Of a stretch of 32,000 bases of DNA, positions 27,903-32,000 are shown one piece after another. Each line of letters opens with the position of its first letter. Position 1 is the stretch's first letter. Source of the stretch: Alkanindiges sp. WGS2144 (lineage in GTDB: Bacteria > Pseudomonadota > Gammaproteobacteria > Pseudomonadales > Moraxellaceae); the NCBI RefSeq assembly GCF_043950625.1, contig NZ_CP171007.1. One strand, 5' to 3'. The translations under genes and the position numbers were made by a program. The notes under the pieces are model-generated. The model saw nothing but the letters and a program-made list of their open reading frames with translations. It did no database searches and was not told the DNA's origin.

Positions 27903-28922
27903 TTATTTTCCTGCATTTTGAGCCACGATCTGGTCAAACACACCGTCGTTGTCAAAATGAGCTTTCTGGGTTTTGCGCCAGCCACCAAACTCCCTGTCTA
28001 TAGTGACCAGCTTTAATGGCTTAAATACCGTATTGTATTTGGCAAGGATTTTTGTATTACGTGGGCGATAAAAATTTCTGACCGCAATTTCCTGCCCGGC
28101 TGGGGAGTACAGATAATTCAAATAGCCGGTAGCCACAAGGCGGGTGCCGTGCTTGTCTACGTTTTTATCAACAATAGCCACAGGTGGTTCAGCCAGAATA
28201 GATAAACTGGGTGTAATAATTTCAAACTTGCCGGGCTGTTCGCGCACTGCTAGATACGCTTCATTTTCCCAAGCCAGCAATACATCACCAATACCACGCT
28301 CAACAAAGGTTGTGGTCGCACCACGTGCCCCGGAGTCCAGTACTTTGGTATGCTGATATACCTGCCGTACAAATTCACGGGCTGTGCTGTCATTACCACC
28401 TTTTTGATGCTTGGCCCATGCCCAGGCGGCCAGATAGTTCCAGCGGGCACCACCGGAAGTTTTTGGATTGGGTGTGATCACTTCAACGCCAGGTTTTACA
28501 ATATCTGCCCAGTCTTTAATTTGTTTGGGATTGCCTTTACGCACCAAAAATACAATGGTTGAGGTGTATGGCGTCGAGTTTTGTGGAAACTGTTTTTGCC
28601 AGCTTTTGTTTTTAATTAAGGCAGTATTATCAACAATGGCATCAATATCAGACGCCAGCGCCAGAGTAACTACATCTGCCTGCAAGCCATCAATGACTGA
28701 GCGAGCCTGCTTGCCGGATCCACCATGTGACTGGCGAAAATTGACTTCCTGCCCGGTTTTTTGCTTCCAGTAAGCACCAAAGGAGCGGTTAAACTCATCA
28801 TAAAGCTCACGGGTGGGGTCGTAGGATACGTTTAAAAAGTTGATTGGTGCGGCCAGTACACTGCTACTAAGCAAGATGGCAGCAAAGCTGCTGGTTAAAC
28901 CGGTGAGCAGACGGATTGCCAT
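27903..28922 (-). CDS. sbp: Periplasmic sulfate/thiosulfate-binding protein
   Basis: ATG at 28922 after GGAGA, with signal peptide [26 protein letters not shown]. It has Sbp/CysP-type blocks ([41 protein letters not shown]). The track extension to 28982 is rejected. Confidence 0.9.
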   Translation of the reverse strand: MAIRLLTGLTSSFAAILLSSSVLAAPINFLNVSYDPTRELYDEFNRSFGAYWKQKTGQEVNFRQSHGGSGKQARSVIDGLQADVVTLALASDIDAIVDNTALIKNKSWQKQFPQNSTPYTSTIVFLVRKGNPKQIKDWADIVKPGVEVITPNPKTSGGARWNYLAAWAWAKHQKGGNDSTAREFVRQVYQHTKVLDSGARGATTTFVERGIGDVLLAWENEAYLAVREQPGKFEIITPSLSILAEPPVAIVDKNVDKHGTRLVATGYLNYLYSPAGQEIAVRNFYRPRNTKILAKYNTVFKPLKLVTIDREFGGWRKTQKAHFDNDGVFDQIVAQNAGK

Positions 28923-29101
28923 TTTATTTCTCCAGAATTTAAATTTTAATTCAATGACTGTGCTTTTTAAGCATTGGCTCAAGCATAAGAATTTCTTTTA
29001 AAATAAAAAAACAATAAAAATAGCATTTGTTATGAACAAAAAAGATTTAGAAAAAGCTAAGATCAAGATGAAGCGGTTGGTAGACAGTGGCGGAGCAAAA
29101 T

Positions 29102-29911
29102 ATGATCACCCTAAAAAATGGGCAGCATTGTCAGTATGTAGACTGTCAGGATCGGGCTTTTTTATATGGTGATGGTTTTTTTACCACGGTTAAGTTGCAG
29201 CATGGAAAGCTCCGGCTGTGGCAGCGCCATATCGAGCGGTTAATTGAATGTGCTGAGCAGTTATCATTTGATCTGGATATCATGCAGCTTGAGCAGCAGG
29301 TACAGCAGTTCTTGGGTCGTCATATTGATGCCTCAGGCGTGTTTAAGATTATTGTTAGCCGGGGAGAGGGTTCACGGGGCTACTTGCCGCCTGCGCAGGG
29401 TGCTGATGTTTATATTCAATTCTTTGAACAGCCTTTATTTAATACCCAGGGAGCACAAAACCTTCCCATTGACAGTGGGGTGTTACAGTTAACGCTAGGT
29501 CTGGTTATGCCTGCACTGGCCGGATTAAAAACCCTTAACCGTCTGGAGCAGGTGTTACTCAGGCAGGAGCTGGCCGCAACACCCTGGCAGGAAGCACTGG
29601 TGAGTGATGTTCAGGGTAATTTAATTGAAGGCGTGTACAGCAACTGTTTTTTGTATATTGATAAAAACTGGCACACGCCCTTACTGGATCAGGCTGGTAT
29701 TGCCGGGGTAATGCGGGCGGAAATTCTGGCACAAATGCAGGCACAGGATATTCCCTGTATTGTTGCGAATGTTCCAAAATTGGCCATTGACCAGATTGAA
29801 GCCATGTTTTTTTGTAATGCGCTAACCGGTATTGTACCGGTCAAAACTCTGCTTGGACGCCCGCTTGATCTCGGGCCGGTACAGCAACTGATGGCCCGGC
29901 TTAAACTATAG
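29102..29911 (+). CDS. pabC: Aminodeoxychorismate lyase (class IV PLP enzyme)
   Basis: ATG at 29102 with GGAG 6 nt upstream; the GTG at 29087 is less likely. Blocks DRAFLYGDGFFTT, ISRGEGSRGY, GLKTLNRLEQVL and AGIAGVMR match, and it sits in the pabC-mltG-tmk order. Confidence 0.85.
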   Translation: MITLKNGQHCQYVDCQDRAFLYGDGFFTTVKLQHGKLRLWQRHIERLIECAEQLSFDLDIMQLEQQVQQFLGRHIDASGVFKIIVSRGEGSRGYLPPAQGADVYIQFFEQPLFNTQGAQNLPIDSGVLQLTLGLVMPALAGLKTLNRLEQVLLRQELAATPWQEALVSDVQGNLIEGVYSNCFLYIDKNWHTPLLDQAGIAGVMRAEILAQMQAQDIPCIVANVPKLAIDQIEAMFFCNALTGIVPVKTLLGRPLDLGPVQQLMARLKL

Positions 29912-30010
29912 TGAGAACGGCAAATATTCAGTGAGTTTGAACAGTTGTCTGCTCAAAATTAATTTTAAGTTCTGTTATGCTTTGGCTCCATTTTTCATTT
30001 TGTATCAAGT

Positions 30011-31120
30011 ATGGCAAAACGTCCTGCAAAAACTAAAAAATCCCGGAATAAAACAGCGGTGTACGGGCGTAATATGTTGCAGCAACCCGCAACAAAAGGA
30101 CTCATTGCCCTGTTGATCGCAGGGCTGATTGTACTCACACTGTTAGTATGGCAGGGCTTATGGCGTGTGTTGCCCATTAAGGGCAATAGCCAGATGCTCA
30201 ACATTAAACAGGGACAAACCTACTCGGGACTGATTGCTGAATTAAACCGTAAAGGCCAGCTTCGTCTTCCTGTTATCGTCAAAATTTATCAGCGCCTGTT
30301 TATTCATAACACCCTCAAAGCCGGTGTGTATGAAGTCAAAAAAGGCACCACGGTGCAGCAGCTATTGCATATGCTCAGCAGTGGTGAGCTGGCACAAATG
30401 AACCGAATTCTGGTGGTGGAGGGGACTACTTTTGCCCAGTTGAAAGCGCGCCTGGATAACGACCCTGATGTGAGCCATACGCTAATTGGCCTTAACAATG
30501 AACAATTATTAAAAAGACTTGACATTGATCAGTTGCATCCTGAGGGCTGGTTTGCCCCCAATACCTATTATTTTGCCAAGGGTGAAAGCGATGCTGCGAT
30601 TTTAAAGCATTTATACAAAGCGCAAAAAAAGATTATGGATGACGCATGGCAACAGCGTGCGCCTGGTTTGCCTTATAAAAATCCCTATGAAGCCCTGATT
30701 ATGGCGTCTATTGTCGAAAAAGAAACCGGTATTGCCAGTGAGCGCAAGCAGGTCGCAGGTGTTTTTGTACGCCGCTTACAGCTGGGCATGCGCTTACAAA
30801 CAGACCCAACTGTTATTTATGGTATGGGTGAAAGCTATCAGGGCAATATCCGCCGGCAGGATTTACTTAATCCAACGCCTTACAATACTTATGTCATTAA
30901 TGGTTTGCCGCCAACACCGATTGCTTTACCGGGCAAGGCTTCTATTGAGGCGGCATTACATCCAGCGGAAGGCAAAAGCCTATATTTTGTAGCAACCGGA
31001 ACAGGGGGTCATATATTTAGTGATAACCTTGAGCAGCATAACAGGGCAGTGGCCAGTTATCTCAAGGTGCTGCGGCAAAAAAGGCAGGCAGAAGCAGGTA
31101 CTTCAGGAGTAATGCCTTAA
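30011..31120 (+). CDS. mltG: Endolytic murein transglycosylase MltG (YceG family)
   Basis: N-terminal basic tail plus a single TM. Conserved YceG blocks are present (ASIVEKETG.ASER..VAGVF.RRL..GM.LQTDPTVIYG, YNTY...GLPP.PI..PG). Confidence 0.9.
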   Translation: MAKRPAKTKKSRNKTAVYGRNMLQQPATKGLIALLIAGLIVLTLLVWQGLWRVLPIKGNSQMLNIKQGQTYSGLIAELNRKGQLRLPVIVKIYQRLFIHNTLKAGVYEVKKGTTVQQLLHMLSSGELAQMNRILVVEGTTFAQLKARLDNDPDVSHTLIGLNNEQLLKRLDIDQLHPEGWFAPNTYYFAKGESDAAILKHLYKAQKKIMDDAWQQRAPGLPYKNPYEALIMASIVEKETGIASERKQVAGVFVRRLQLGMRLQTDPTVIYGMGESYQGNIRRQDLLNPTPYNTYVINGLPPTPIALPGKASIEAALHPAEGKSLYFVATGTGGHIFSDNLEQHNRAVASYLKVLRQKRQAEAGTSGVMP

Positions 31121-31725
31121 TGTTTATTAGTTTTGAGGGCACCGAAGGCGTTGGCAAAACCACGCTGATCAATAGTCTGGCTGATTATTTAACTGCACAG
31201 GCTAAAGATATTGTACTGACGCGTGAACCGGGTGGCACTCCGCTGGCTGAGCAAATCCGGCAATTGTTACTGAGCCAGCAGCCAGAGCCGATGAGTGAGG
31301 ATTGTGAGCTTTTACTGATTTTTGCCGCGCGTGCCCAGCATATCCAGCAGGTCATATTGCCAGCGCTAAATCAGGGAAAATGGGTGCTCAGTGATCGTTT
31401 TGTGGATGCCAGTTACGCTTATCAGCACGGCGGGCGTGGCTTATCTATCCAAAAGCTGGATATTCTGGCTGCCCAGTTTGTACCGGTTTTACCAAAGCTG
31501 ACCTTCTGGCTGGATGCGCCTGTTGAAGTTGGAATGAGCCGAGCCAAAAACCGGGGAGCACTGGATCGCTTTGAACAGGAAAAGCTGGAGTTTTTCGAGC
31601 GGGTTCGGGCAGTGTATATAGCGCGTGCCCAGGCAGAACCCGAGCGAATTGTCCGTCTTGATGCGACTCAACCACCTGAAATCATGTTGGCTCAGGCAAT
31701 TAAAGTACTGTCGTTCCTGACTTAG
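31120..31725 (+). CDS. tmk: Thymidylate kinase
   Basis: P-loop FISFEGTEGVGKTT, DRF motif and lid region. Its ATG overlaps the mltG TAA by 1 nt (TAATG). Confidence 0.93.
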   Translation: MFISFEGTEGVGKTTLINSLADYLTAQAKDIVLTREPGGTPLAEQIRQLLLSQQPEPMSEDCELLLIFAARAQHIQQVILPALNQGKWVLSDRFVDASYAYQHGGRGLSIQKLDILAAQFVPVLPKLTFWLDAPVEVGMSRAKNRGALDRFEQEKLEFFERVRAVYIARAQAEPERIVRLDATQPPEIMLAQAIKVLSFLT

Positions 31726-31915
31726 GGCGTGCTGACCATTACTCACCCAGCAGAATTCGGAAGATACTTATTAAGCTTTTGCATCAAAAATGGCTAAATT
31801 TACTTATTCTACGTTGATCAGCTTGTGAAGATGTTCAATATTCCCTTCGCTGATCGCCTTGACTAAGCTGCATTTATCTCATTTTTGATCGCAAAGACCA
31901 ATGGTCAACACGCCC
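31725..31915. repeat. Three concentric inverted repeats forming a potential ~190-nt interrupted hairpin downstream of tmk
   Basis: Outer arms GGGCGTGCTGACCATT (31725-31740) / AATGGTCAACACGCCC (31900-31915) pair at 15 of 16 positions. Middle arms ATCAAAAATG (31783-31792) / CATTTTTGAT (31880-31889) pair 10/10. Inner arms GATCAGC (31816-31822) / GCTGATC (31849-31855) pair 7/7. There is no ORF of 60 aa or more. Confidence 0.7.
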
Positions 31916-32000
31916 TGGGCAGATAAAAAGCTTATATATTTACGTGGTTACCTGTGGGGAGCATGCCTTAAAGTCAGGTGGAACCAGCACGCTATCACGA

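Noticed and set aside
29032-29172. A 46-aa Lys-rich small ORF (MNKKDLEKAKIKMKRLVDSGGAKY...) upstream of and overlapping the pabC start.
   Set aside because: It has no SD, is out of frame with and overlaps pabC, lies in A-rich promoter sequence that yields Lys codons by composition, and shows no recognisable motif.
31940-32000. A possible 3' end of a minus-strand CDS running off the window (...RDSVLVPPDFKACSPQVTT-stop).
   Set aside because: Only 19 codons are visible, which is far too short to tell from chance.
1-32000. A window-wide search for IS elements, transposase or integrase genes, CRISPR repeats, tRNA/rRNA genes, prophage or toxin-antitoxin modules.
   Set aside because: No ORF has transposase, integrase or Cas-like features. 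There are no regularly spaced direct repeats, no tRNA-like T-arm or acceptor patterns in the intergenic regions, and no compositional island. Gene content is contiguous housekeeping.

Overview
This window looks like conserved core chromosome of a gamma-proteobacterium. A CarO-type porin, a stand-alone NadM and the gene order suggest Acinetobacter/Moraxellaceae, but that assignment is an inference. Nearly all of it is housekeeping coding sequence: purL (3' part), a YqfO/NIF3-like gene, nadM and bcp. Next come a queE-X-queC-Y operon, dapD, lipA (with an overlapping small membrane ORF), sthA, an enlarged OmpW-family porin, cca and maeB. The remainder holds a PAS-GGDEF-EAL sensor, rsmE, bioA, metF-ahcY, carO, a CysB/Cbl regulator with sbp-cysTWA, and pabC-mltG-tmk. 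I found no IS element, integrase, CRISPR array, tRNA/rRNA gene, prophage remnant, toxin-antitoxin pair or recognisable defence island. I therefore do not claim a new multi-gene system. The points most worth a second look are listed here.
- Two similar ~100-aa three-TM mini-proteins, each packed against the 3' end of a radical-SAM gene (queE, lipA).
- A ~190-nt set of three concentric inverted repeats that starts at the tmk stop codon.
- An SAH-riboswitch-like leader with a matching promoter upstream of ahcY-metF.
- A perfect 12-bp hairpin between sbp and cysT.
- Repeated motifs in the lipA/sthA divergent promoter region.
- A hairpin with a T9/A9 loop in the leader of the OmpW-like gene.
All functional calls rest on motif and colinearity recognition from memory; no database search was run.
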